Virus record (IMG/VR): IMGVR_UViG_2579778797_000012
Origin: a virus
Taxonomy: Duplodnaviria; Heunggongvirae; Uroviricota; Caudoviricetes
DNA: 33,919 bases
Direction: 5' to 3' (one strand)
Shown: piece by piece, positions 10,684 through 21,000 of the stretch
How positions within the stretch are numbered: the first letter of the stretch is position 1
Layout: the number at the start of each line of letters is the position of its first letter
The notes under the pieces: model-generated
Seen by the model: the letters and a program-made list of their open reading frames with translations, nothing else
The model's database searches: none
What the model was told of the DNA's origin: nothing
Position numbers and translations under genes: made by a program

Positions 10684-10717
10684 ATGCAAAGCTTTGTAAG
10701 CCGATGCAAAGCTTTGT
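10684..10717. promoter_or_regulatory. Two copies of ATGCAAAGCTTTGT (10684-10697, 10704-10717), each containing the 10-bp palindrome CAAAGCTTTG; candidate protein-binding sites
   Basis: Exact 14-bp direct repeat spaced 20 bp start to start, in non-coding DNA about 75 bp inside the ynfG junction. Confidence 0.35.
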
Positions 10718-11054
10718 GTGTCTCACTTTTGTCCCAATACCAATCCGAATCCACCCTTTGTCATCATTGAGAAATGGCAAGGAAGAAAAGGATGTTACTG
10801 CACGATTTGACAAATCCGCCAGAGCTATCGCATACTGATCGCACTGAACAAATAAGCGGTCTCCGCACCCGATAGCTTTGCGGCTTTTTTATGCCTGCAA
10901 TTTGGCATAGTTACATCCGTACAAAGGTCGGGTGGAGAGGCGTAATACAACACCCGCAAGGGGAATATGCCCAGAGCTTCTTATTTGGCTCAGTTGACAC
11001 CCGACCGCCAGCTACTAACTGGCGGTTATAAACTAAACAAATAAGGAGGTCATC

Positions 11055-11339
11055 ATGACCAGTCAACTCATCCCCGTATTCAACGGTTCTATCTCAAACC
11101 AAGCAGCCCTTCTATGCAATGCTCGCAATCTACACGCTTTCCTTGGGGTTGGTAAACGCTTTGCATCGTGGATAACAGAACGTATTGCTGAATATGGTTT
11201 CGTTGAAAATCAGGACTATATGATTGCTTCCCAAATTCGGGAAGCAAAAGGTAGAGGCGGTCACAACCGCAAGGAATACCACCTCACCCTCGACACAGCC
11301 AAAGAGCTTGCGATGGTTGACGACTGCGTCCAATACTGA
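11055..11339 (+). CDS. Short AntA/AntB-type antirepressor-domain protein (94 aa), paralog of the next gene
   Basis: MTSQLIPVFNGSISNQAALLCNARNLHAFLGVGKRFASWITERIAEYGFVENQDY... resembles the AntA N-terminal domain. Strong RBS (AAGGAGG, 11043-11049). The C-terminus (YHLTLDTAKELAMV) is shared with the downstream paralog. Confidence 0.5.
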   Translation: MTSQLIPVFNGSISNQAALLCNARNLHAFLGVGKRFASWITERIAEYGFVENQDYMIASQIREAKGRGGHNRKEYHLTLDTAKELAMVDDCVQY

Positions 11340-11588
11340 CTATACTCCGCGCCGAGGCCTCGAAAACCTCCCAAAAGCGGATTAAACCAACCCCGTCAGT
11401 GTTGGATTTTTTATGCCTGTTATTCAGTGATAGCACAGTGTGCGGTCACATCCCCGATCAATGTCGGGAGGGCGACGAATACAACACCCGCAAGGGGAAT
11501 AAGTCCGCGGTATCTTTTGGGCCGTTTCGAGCCTCCCGGCACCACATCTTGTGGTGGCATTTCTCGAAAAAAGCCAAAGGAGGTCATC

Positions 11589-12218
11589 ATGACCACTCAA
11601 CTCATCCCTGTGTTTGAAGGTACAATCTCAAATGAACCTACGCTTCTGGTGAACGCGCGTGATTTGCATGGATTTTTAGAGGTAGGTAAAGATTTTTCTA
11701 ACTGGATACGGGCCAGGCTAAACGAGTATGGATTCGTAGAAAATTTAGACTACATTCTATTTTCGCCAAATTTGGCGAAAACTCCAGGCCGCCGCCGCAA
11801 GGATTACCACCTCACCCTCGACACAGCCAAAGAGCTTGCGATGGTTGAACGTAACGAAAAAGGCCGCCAGATACGCCGCTACTTCATCGAGTGCGAAAAG
11901 AAACTTCGCAACATTCAGCCAGTACAAGCAGAACCACAGCCGCAATTCACAGCCGAGGAAATAATCCTCCTCTGCTACATGCAGCTCTGGATGGAAAAAG
12001 CCCAGGACCTTAGCAAGCAGCTGTACCCCATAATGAAAGAGCTGAACTCCTCATACACGAACAAGCTGTATGACATTGCGTTTGAGACTATCTACATGGT
12101 GACGAAGAACAGAGATGTGCTACTGAGAGAGGCGGCACGGCTTGACCAGTCGAGTTTCGTAGTTCAGCGGGCCAGACCAATGCTGAAAAGCCTGCGGGCA
12201 AGACAATTTGAATTCTGA
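11589..12218 (+). CDS. AntA/AntB-type antirepressor-domain protein (209 aa from the RBS-supported start)
   Basis: MTTQLIPVFEGTISNEPTLLVNARDLHGFLEVGKDFSNWIRARLNEYGFVENLDY... RBS AAAGGAGG directly upstream of the ATG at 11589. The track ORF starting at 11427 is an RBS-less upstream extension. Confidence 0.55.
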   Translation: MTTQLIPVFEGTISNEPTLLVNARDLHGFLEVGKDFSNWIRARLNEYGFVENLDYILFSPNLAKTPGRRRKDYHLTLDTAKELAMVERNEKGRQIRRYFIECEKKLRNIQPVQAEPQPQFTAEEIILLCYMQLWMEKAQDLSKQLYPIMKELNSSYTNKLYDIAFETIYMVTKNRDVLLREAARLDQSSFVVQRARPMLKSLRARQFEF

Positions 12219-12222
12219 TACC

Positions 12223-12247
12223 AAAGGAGCTTCGGCTCCTTTTTTTA
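12223..12247 (+). terminator. Rho-independent terminator after the second antA-like gene
   Basis: GGAGC-TTCG-GCTCC hairpin (12226-12239) followed by a 7-T run. Confidence 0.7.
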
Positions 12248-12414
12248 TACCTGAACGACAACGCCGCTGAAATCGAAGAGTTAATACAATAAAGAGAAGA
12301 GCTCAGTACATTAGATAAACATTTTTTATCATTATCTCATTGCCTTTATTCAAAAAAATAGTTACATAACGTTACTAGGTAAAATGCAAACCCTCGCTAT
12401 TTTTATCAGATTGT

Positions 12415-13641
12415 ATGCCGGTAACTATAACAAAAATCAGAACTGGAGAAGATGTTTTGTCAGCAGCCATTCACCGCATTGAATGGTTGTTTGAAACATT
12501 CTCTTCTGTATGTTTATCTTTTTCTGGCGGTAAAGATTCCACTGTACTTTTCCATCTTGTAGCCGAAGTGGCCTACAGGAAGAAACGTCGTTTTTCTGTA
12601 TTGTTCATTGACTGGGAAGCCCAGTATCAATGCACCATTGATCATATACAGAAGATGCGGATGATGTACCAAGATGTAACAGATACCTTTTACTGGGTTG
12701 CACTTCCCCTGACGACAGTAAATGGTGTCTCGCAGTTTCAGCCTGAGTGGATATGCTGGGAGCCCGGTGTAGAGTGGGTTCGACAGCCACCGGAAGATGC
12801 TATTACTGATATGGCGTATTTCCCCTTTTACCGCTACGCCATGACTTTTGAAGAATTTGTCCCAGCTTTTTCTTCCTGGTTCGCAAGTAACCAATGTAGC
12901 GTGGCAATACTGACTGGAGTCCGCGCGGATGAATCTCTTAACAGATTTATGGGACTGGTTTCCCAACGAAAACTGAGATATGCAGATGATAAACCCTGGA
13001 CCACGGCGTCACCTGAAGGTTTTTACTACACCATGTATCCGCTGTATGACTGGAAAACCAACGATATCTGGGTATATAACGCTAAAACCTGTGCAATCTA
13101 CAATCCTCTGTATGATTTGATGTACCGTGCAGGCATTCCTCTACATAATATGCGTGTCTGTGAGCCTTTTGGCCCGGAACAGCGTAAGGGACTATGGCTT
13201 TATCATGTTCTGGAGCCAGAAACTTGGGCACGGATGTGTGAACGAGTATCTGGTGCTGCCAGTGGGGCTCTTTATGCCAATGAAAGCGGGGCCTATTTTG
13301 CCCTGCGTAAACGGATGTCAAAACCATCCCATCATACATGGCGCAGCTATGCGTTCTTCCTGCTGGACGTAATGCCGGAAAGAACGGCTGAACACTACCG
13401 CAACAAGATAGCAGTCTACCTGCGCTGGTATCAGAACCGGGGATTCCCGGATGATATCCCGGATGAACAGGAAAATGATCTGGGCTGCCGGGATGTTCCC
13501 TCCTGGCGACGTATTTGTAAGACTCTCATAAAGAATGATTTCTGGTGCCGAACGCTCTCCTTCAGCCCCAACAAACCCCGGCACTATGAACGTTACCTGC
13601 AGCGTATGAATGAAAGGAGGAAGGAATGGGGAATTCTGTGA
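12415..13641 (+). CDS. ibrA: PAPS-reductase-like (PP-loop ATP pyrophosphatase fold) protein, IbrA/YbdN-like
   Basis: 408-aa ORF with the PP-loop motif SFSGGKDS near the N-terminus and a long C-terminal extension. Overlaps the downstream ParB-like gene by 16 nt. Gene symbol assigned by family resemblance only. Confidence 0.6.
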   Translation: MPVTITKIRTGEDVLSAAIHRIEWLFETFSSVCLSFSGGKDSTVLFHLVAEVAYRKKRRFSVLFIDWEAQYQCTIDHIQKMRMMYQDVTDTFYWVALPLTTVNGVSQFQPEWICWEPGVEWVRQPPEDAITDMAYFPFYRYAMTFEEFVPAFSSWFASNQCSVAILTGVRADESLNRFMGLVSQRKLRYADDKPWTTASPEGFYYTMYPLYDWKTNDIWVYNAKTCAIYNPLYDLMYRAGIPLHNMRVCEPFGPEQRKGLWLYHVLEPETWARMCERVSGAASGALYANESGAYFALRKRMSKPSHHTWRSYAFFLLDVMPERTAEHYRNKIAVYLRWYQNRGFPDDIPDEQENDLGCRDVPSWRRICKTLIKNDFWCRTLSFSPNKPRHYERYLQRMNERRKEWGIL

Positions 13642-14270
13642 CACCAGAGGTGGAGGTGCTGAGCAAGATGATTCGACAGTACTTCAGTCAGGAACAATCT
13701 GAAGAGAAAACCATACAGGCCCTGAACCATCTCCGCTGCGTACTCCATGAGATCAGCCCCTTTGCTCAAGAACCAGTGGACTGTGTGCTGTGGGTAAAAG
13801 CGGATGAAATTGTCGCTAACGATTATAATCCCAATGTCATGGCCCCAAGCGAAAAAAAATTACTGAAACAATCTCTGGAAAAAGACGGTTTTACTCAACC
13901 AATTGTTGTTTCGGAAGAAACAAGCCATTACCTGGTGGTGGATGGTTTTCATAGGCAGTTACTAGGTAGAAGAACAGTTACTGGAAAACGCCTGAAAGGC
14001 TGGCTACCAGTAACCTGTATTAATCCAGACCGAAAGGGACAAACCTCACGTATTGCCGCGACTATCCGACATAACAGAGCCAGGGGGAAACACCAGATAA
14101 CCTCAATGTCTGATATTGTCAGAGATCTTTCACGTCTTGGCTGGACTGATGAACGTATCGGAACAGAACTGGGGATGGACCAGGATGAAGTTCTGAGGTT
14201 AAAGCAGATTAGCGGGCTAACGGAGTTATTTCAGCAGGCAGATTTCAGCCCTGCATGGACTGTTACATAA
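13626..14270 (+). CDS. ibrB: ParB/sulfiredoxin-fold (ParB-like nuclease domain) protein, IbrB/YbdM-like
   Basis: 214-aa ORF with a DGFHR motif (VVDGFHRQLLG) typical of ParB/Srx-fold proteins. Strong RBS AGGAGG at 13615-13620. Translationally coupled to the upstream gene. Confidence 0.6.
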   Translation: MGNSVTPEVEVLSKMIRQYFSQEQSEEKTIQALNHLRCVLHEISPFAQEPVDCVLWVKADEIVANDYNPNVMAPSEKKLLKQSLEKDGFTQPIVVSEETSHYLVVDGFHRQLLGRRTVTGKRLKGWLPVTCINPDRKGQTSRIAATIRHNRARGKHQITSMSDIVRDLSRLGWTDERIGTELGMDQDEVLRLKQISGLTELFQQADFSPAWTVT

Positions 14271-14358
14271 AGTTAGGTTAGGCCTGTGGAGCCGGGGAAT
14301 CGGAATTAAACATCTTCCCTCCCCGGTAAATACAAATAAGGGCTGAACATCATCCCGA

Positions 14359-14883
14359 CTACCTCAGATCACCTAATAATATATCAAGATTATTTTGCGC
14401 ATTAATGCTATTCGCCATTACTGTTGCTGCTTCTGGCAACTTTCCAAGAGCAATAAATATATTCTTAAGGCTGATTGGAATTGATGAACCATGCGGATCG
14501 CGCCACTCACCGCAAATTCTGTGAGTTTCATCACAAAGCCTGAACGCATCCCAACCTCCATATTGACCAAAAATTATGTCCATTGACTCTATTTCTGCGG
14601 GCGATAACTCCCCCAGCTCATCAACAGAAGAAAATGTACGCCACATTTCAACCTTATGATCCGCTACATCAGATATCCATGATTCCCACGGACTGTACTC
14701 GTTTTCACTTCCATCCTTAACCAAAGAATATGTCTGCGATAAAACGGGTCCTTTGTTCATAGAGAAATAATGATCACCACTAATGGGAAAACCATACAAC
14801 TCCATTGCTTTGCGGTCAGAGAGATACATCAGCTTAATGAAACGCATAGATCCGCCATGTTTTTTCAGCAAATACGCTGCCAT
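14359..14883 (-). CDS. DUF4065 (Panacea/SocA-like) domain protein
   Basis: 174-aa ORF. FIKLMYLSDRKAMELYGFPISGDHYFSMNKGPVLSQTY fits the conserved KLqKLLY...GPV core of DUF4065 antitoxin-like proteins (from memory of the family profile). No strong RBS at the annotated start. Confidence 0.5.
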   Translation of the reverse strand: MAAYLLKKHGGSMRFIKLMYLSDRKAMELYGFPISGDHYFSMNKGPVLSQTYSLVKDGSENEYSPWESWISDVADHKVEMWRTFSSVDELGELSPAEIESMDIIFGQYGGWDAFRLCDETHRICGEWRDPHGSSIPISLKNIFIALGKLPEAATVMANSINAQNNLDILLGDLR

Positions 14884-15033
14884 TTACGCAACTTTTTCTT
14901 CATTAAACATAAATCGGCTCTCTGTCTCACATGAAATACTCTTTCTGACTATATGTTAATAGCTCCGGTTATTACAGGTTAATGTGTGTTTATTTCTTAA
15001 TCAGCCCCGCACTTCCGTACGGGGCCATTTCTG

Positions 15034-18000
15034 TTAATCCACTCCCACTTTTTTGTTGTACTCGCGGTTAAAGCGATCCACGGCAACCTTCATATCCCGC
15101 TCTACCGATTTCACCATCGCCGCCTGCTGCGCCAGACTGAGAGAACTGTCGGCATAAATGGCATCGCGCTGTTTGCGCAAATCCTTCAGTCTCTTCCGGG
15201 TATCCTGCATAAGCCCGTTCATCAACAATTTTCCGTTGTTCTCGTCAATGAACGCCGTTCTTTCTGCACCGGTCAGACTCTTCAGCTCTGCGTGATACTG
15301 CGCAACCTCTGTCATCCGGTCGTACATCTTCTGCTGGTCTGCATACGGCATCACCTCACCCGAAATTTTCCCCAGGAAGGGCACCTGCTGCTCCGGTATA
15401 TCAATACCGTTCAGCGATTTCACCGCCGCATCTGTGGTTTTGGAAATGAAGCGCCCTGTCCCTCCGGAGATATAGTCAATCCAGAATTTCAGCGATTCCG
15501 GTGTGATATCCACCGCGCCGGGACGATACTGGCTGCCACCTGAGAACGCATTCAGCCAGGATGCAAACGCCTTGTACGCCTCAGGCGTTGAACGTCTGCC
15601 CAGCTGGCTGTCCGGTTTCGGTGTGCCAAATGGCATGTTCTCCTGGTAAATCTGCGCCCCCATGAAGTTTTCATTCATGGCAAGGTTCGCAAACGGACGC
15701 AGAATGGTCGGCGCTGCATTTTTCAGCAATGCCCCGGACAGTGTTTCCGACGTTTCACTGCCCACAGGACTGAATGCCCCCAGGATACCACCGACAACAT
15801 TACCGGCAGCACGTGAAGCAGTCAGGTCGCCCGCTGCCACACCTTCAGCAGTATGCCCGAGCAGGAAGAAAACGTTGTACCCGTAAGGCAGAGGAATACT
15901 CCAGTACTCTCCGGCCTTGCCCCCGAACACCGATTTCATAATGACGAGGTTACGCTCTTTCACATGAGACGGCACCTTGTCATACCAGTTAACCCCGTCA
16001 TCATCCTCCCCCGCAACACTGCGGTTAAGCGAGCCAAGCAGATAACCCGCTCCCACAGCTGCAAGCGCGATTTTCTGCGGTACATTGAGATTCTTCCAGC
16101 GAAGGCGCTCCGGTAACGGCCCGTCGCCATTAAGATGTCCGAGCGTTCTCACCAGGTTTGCGGTCCCCTGAATGCTGGCGTTGGCAAACATATACAGCGA
16201 GTTCATCAGCGCTCCCTGCTCACCACGACGGTTAAAGTTCACCGTCATGTTTTTGGCAAGAGATGCCGCCTGCTGGCGTGACAAACCGGCATCACGGGCG
16301 TGTTTATAGGCAGAAAGACGCAGAGCGTTTTCAACCGCGCCGTTGGCATCCTCGACCAGGTTCAGGAACGAATGCCATGCACCGATACTCTGGCCTTTCC
16401 ATCCTCCCTTCGCCAGCGATACAAGGCGATCCATTTCCTTCTGCTGGCCTTCAAGGTCACCCATGTTAAACCAGCCGGTTTTACCTCCGTCCTCAACAAA
16501 CTCTTTCCACACCTTCTGCCACTGCGCACCGTTGCCCGTGAGGGTTTTACCACGCAGACTGGCGTATACGGCAGACATGGCAGACCGGCTGTCTTTCACC
16601 ACAGCCAGGGCGGATAAGTTATCCAGCCCTTTCAGTTTACCGTCGCTCCTTCCCTGCTCCGCCTTCAGGTTCATCACCGCCGTCTGCACGTCACGGATGA
16701 AGTTACTGACCAGGAATTCCGGGTTATACGACGTGTTCACCGTTGCCAGGAAGCGGTTAACTTTCCCCAGCGTGCGGATTACGGCGTTACTGGTTTCCGG
16801 TCCCATATTCTTCATCGCACGCATCAGGCGCGGATCATGGAGTTTGATGTAGTACGTTTTGCCGTTCTTTTTGGTGGTGAAGTACCGGTCTGCCATCATT
16901 GCCATCGGTACAGGACGTTCGACAACTTCGTGACGGGTTTCACCGGTTTCCGGAACAACACGCTCTGCAATCGCACGCATGGTGTCCGGTCGCTCATTGG
17001 TGAATACCTGCCAGTAATCCTTGTCTGGATTATCCTGTACCAGTTTCAGGAAGGCGTTACCTACTTCATTTTTGCGATTGCGGATCAGCGATTCGCTCAA
17101 GTCCTGTATCGCCTGAGTGGACGGAGACTGTGCGCGGGATGCACGCCCCATGGCCTGCCTGCTTTCACGTCCGCCGATAGTGAAGCCTTTACCTGTACGG
17201 GGCAGTGACACCACACCGTCAACATCCTGGCCTTTCAGAGGAACGTAGTAACGGTAGGCGTTCTGCCAGGCATCCACCACACCGCTCTCTTCCAGTCCGG
17301 CCTCACGGATAAGCTCACGGCGACGGGCCAGCATATCGTCAACAATCCCTGCCAGACGGTCATACTGTGCCTGTTTGCCACTGTTACGCACACGCTGCAT
17401 GATTTCCGCCGCTTCCGCGTTGGTCATCCCCGAACCGCCGTCCGGCATTTTCGGGTTGATTTTCGCGATATGCGCGTTACGTTCCGGCGCGTGACGGGCG
17501 TAGAGGTACTCATCCAGATCGGCCTGCGCAATTTTGTAGTCCGCCAGTAATTTAGCCAGCGGCTGAACATAGCGCTCCTTCATCACGTTCAGGTCGTTTT
17601 CCGCCTTCCCGTGGAAGAGTTCTTCCGCCATATAAGCGTTGTTACTGTCGTCTATTTTTCCGCCAGTTTTACGGATATTCTCCTGAACAGCTTTCAGCAC
17701 CTGGAATTTATCCTGCATCTGGCGCACAAAACGCGATGCAATTGTCTCTTCCGGTGTCAGACTGCTGGTACGGGAGTAATGCGGCCCCTTGCGAATATCT
17801 TCAGGATAGAGTATTTTATCCGCAGAGCCGCGATAAGAATGTTCCCCTTTGGGCAATTGGAGTCCTCTGTGCAGAAGGTTATCGCGGCTTAATTTTTCTC
17901 TCCGGTACAACGTTAACCCGGTCATTTCCATACTCTTCAGTTTTTTTCCATTTTCTGTACCGTAAACAGAAGCTACCTTGTTGATTTCCAGACGCGACCG

Positions 18001-21000
18001 GACAGCCTTCATGTGTACCGCTGACACCACCGGATCACCATTTTTATCCACGGCATCAAGCAGCATCACAACCGCATTTCTTTCTGTCGCTGAGTGGTAA
18101 ATTGCATCCGGATCGTGCATCAGTTCCGGTAGTCTCTCGATAACATCCATCGGCACCACATGTTTCACACCATTGGTGGCCTTACGCACAGTGTCGCGGG
18201 AGATAACCAGCGGCAAATCTGGTGCGCCAAGGTGACGCAATACCGGCGGCGTACGCCCGATGTTTACCGTTAAATCCGTTGAGCGCAGAGACTTCATCAT
18301 TCTGGCAAGGTCATCACGATAACGCTCGCCCTCACCTTCCGGCACTTTGAACGGATCAGGCTTACCGCTACGGGAGTACTGAGACGATGCGCCAGCGCCA
18401 TCCTCACGCGGCGTGTAACCTTCCCGCACACGCTGGCCTAACGTGCGAATAGTTTCGCGAACAAGTCTGATATCGTTCAGCTCTGTCGGCTTCAGTAACC
18501 CCGTGCGACGCAGTACCCCTTTGACCAGGGCAACAACACGCTCCCACGCCGCCACAAATTTATTCGGCTGTTTCTCCGCCATATGTGCCAGAAATTCACC
18601 CGCCTGCACTTCCGGTGATTCCTTACCATAAGACGCATCAACCTTACGCCAGGCTTCACGGATGGTGGCGTTATCACTGTCACGGGTTTTCAGCACGGTC
18701 TTAATAATCGTCTGATATTCCGCTGGCGTGACTACATGCTCCATTGCATGGTGGATAATCTCGTGACGCAGCTTCTCGCGAACGGTCCGCCCGTCAGGAA
18801 TGTTATCCGCCACCAGGACAATTTCACGTTTATCCGGACGATAGAACGCATGCCCCCTGCCGTAACCGTCGAACGATTCACCCGCCAGCGCTTCAGCCTC
18901 TTTCTGTGACTTCACCACGCGGACCTTCAGGTCACTGTCCTTAATGCCACTCATCACGCCACGGGCAACCGCTTCAACCTGCGGGACCGGGCTGCCTTTG
19001 GCTTCCGCACTGCGGTTAACATCCGAAATGAGATTGCCTTCAGGTGTGCGGGTCACGCCCTTACGGGAATAAAACGCAACGCCCTTGTCCGTCTCACGGG
19101 TTTTCAGCGTACTGAACAGGTGATCGAATGCATCACGAATACCGCCATCCAGTTCCGCATTCGTCGGATAAGCCCAGGTGTTATCTGTGTTGTGCTCAGG
19201 TGCCTTACGGATATTGACCAGATAATCATTCTCCACGCCAGCCGTACGCGCTTTATCCTGAACATAACGCTCAAAGGCACGCGCCGCCATTTCAACATCC
19301 GTTGACCAGTACGGTTTTGAGCGCACCTCATCGAGAAGCGCTGAACGACGCGGCATGTCACTGCTGTTGATCGCTTTCATCACGCCTTTAAACGCGTCGT
19401 AAACCTCCTGACGTACCGGATATTCCGCATCAACATATCTGCCGTCTTTAAATACGCGCCCGGCACGCTGTGCTTCCGTCATATAGTCGCCACCTGACGT
19501 GATCTTCCCGTCAGTGGAAACATCATAACGACCAAAATAATTATCCAGTGAATGGAACCATTCGTGGGCCAGCGCCCCCGGTCCGTTACCTTTTGTCAGG
19601 TTGATTGCCACCTCACCCGGCTCATAGTGTGCCGCCGCCTTACCCTTACCACGGGCACCAAAAGCAAGCCCAAGACGACCGTTCAGAGAAAGCGCTTTTG
19701 TCGGCACGTTCAGCACATCAGCCAGGTCATGCAGCGAGTCATAAGCCCGGTTCAAATCAGCCTGACGACGCGGACCTTCCACATAATTACCAAACTGCAC
19801 ACCACGAAAACCAAACGCATCACTGAACTGCTCCGGCGAAACATCCCCCTTGCGGCGTTCTGGTCCGGTACGATCGCGGTTGGTGGCGTTACGCTGCTCC
19901 TCACGCGAAATCTCCCGCATCTCCTTCACATGACGAACAAGCTCATCACGATGTGAATCAATGTACTTACGCGCATCACTGGCTGACTTAAAGCCACCTC
20001 TCACCCGCATTTTGTTTTTGCCATAAGCGATAAAAATATCGCCACTGCGGGTATTCCGGTAAACGTCAAAGCGGATTTTGTCATCCGGTGACGGTGCCGT
20101 TTTTTCATCTCCTTTCGCCTGTGACTTTTCCTCCAGCTCTGCAAACCAGACTTTCGCCTTTGTCAGTAATTCATCCCTGCTTTCCGAGAAAAAGAGGTTA
20201 GTCCCCTTATTGTCCTTATTGCGCAGTGAATAAAGTTTCTGTGGCGGATCGTAACGCTTCCCTCCTGCCGCCTGATACACACCCGATACCACCCGATAAG
20301 CAGAAGCCTTGTCCATCTGTGAGGGTGGCAGAGTGCGTAACAGTTGCCAGGTATCCGCGTAACGGGAGGGCATTCTGCCTTCCATCCATTCTGCGAGGCG
20401 TTTCGCGCTGACCGTTCCGTTCAGCATTTCCGATACACTGTGTCGTACTTTTTTTACGCTCTCCCCCCAGCCAGCCGTATTGTGTTTCGTCTTCGCCGGA
20501 ATATCGCTACGATACAGCGCTATCATTGCCAGGGTGTCAGCATCAGCCCCTTCGCTCGCCAGTTTTGCGTAGTCCGGTTTCGGGAACAGTTTGCTCAGCG
20601 GCTGCGTGGCATAATCCCTGTCTTCCAGCGTTTTACCCAGTGTTTCAGCAAGCTGTGCATAACGGTGTTTTGCCGCGCCCTTAATTTCTTCACCAAAGTC
20701 TTCAATTTTCGCACCACGCGCCTGCTGGTGAGTGCTCGGTTTATCTACCGGCATCGGCACCTCAGTATCCGGAACATCGGTTATGGTCTGGCGATTATCC
20801 CCGGTCTGTCTGCGTGCTTCTGCCTGCTGTGCCAGTTCCGGAAGGGAGTCACGAACCATACGAGGGAGTGATTCAGGCTGTGGCATATCAACCCCACGCT
20901 GACTTTCAGGTGCAGGAAGTCCTTCACGCACTGGTGCTGTGGCGTTCTGCTCATCCGGTGACGGCAGACCACGACGAACCGGTTCGCCCTCCAGTATTTC

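Noticed and set aside
10430-10813. Minus-strand 127-aa ORF spanning the ynfF 3' end and the ynfG junction
   Set aside because: It overlaps the ends of well-supported ynfF and ynfG on the opposite strand, crosses the junction and has no recognisable features. Most likely spurious.
10792-10875. 27-codon ORF (MLLHDLTNPPELSHTDRTEQISGLRTR) with an upstream AAGGAAG
   Set aside because: Too short and unconserved to call. It could as well be chance in a leader region.
11427-11588. 162-nt upstream extension of the second antA-like ORF in the six-frame track
   Set aside because: The extension has no ribosome-binding site, whereas the internal ATG at 11589 is preceded by AAAGGAGG and aligns with the start of the upstream paralog.
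14283-14330. Possible hairpin (CCGGGGA ... TCCCCGG) between the convergent ibrB-like and DUF4065 genes
   Set aside because: The predicted loop is about 24 nt and there is no flanking T-run, so a terminator call is not supportable from sequence alone.
15004-15025. Hairpin GCCCCG-loop-CGGGGC between the giant ORF and the DUF4065 gene
   Set aside because: The stem is GC-rich but the loop is 10 nt and neither strand has a convincing T-run after it, so I could not support it as an intrinsic terminator. It may be a processing or regulatory structure.
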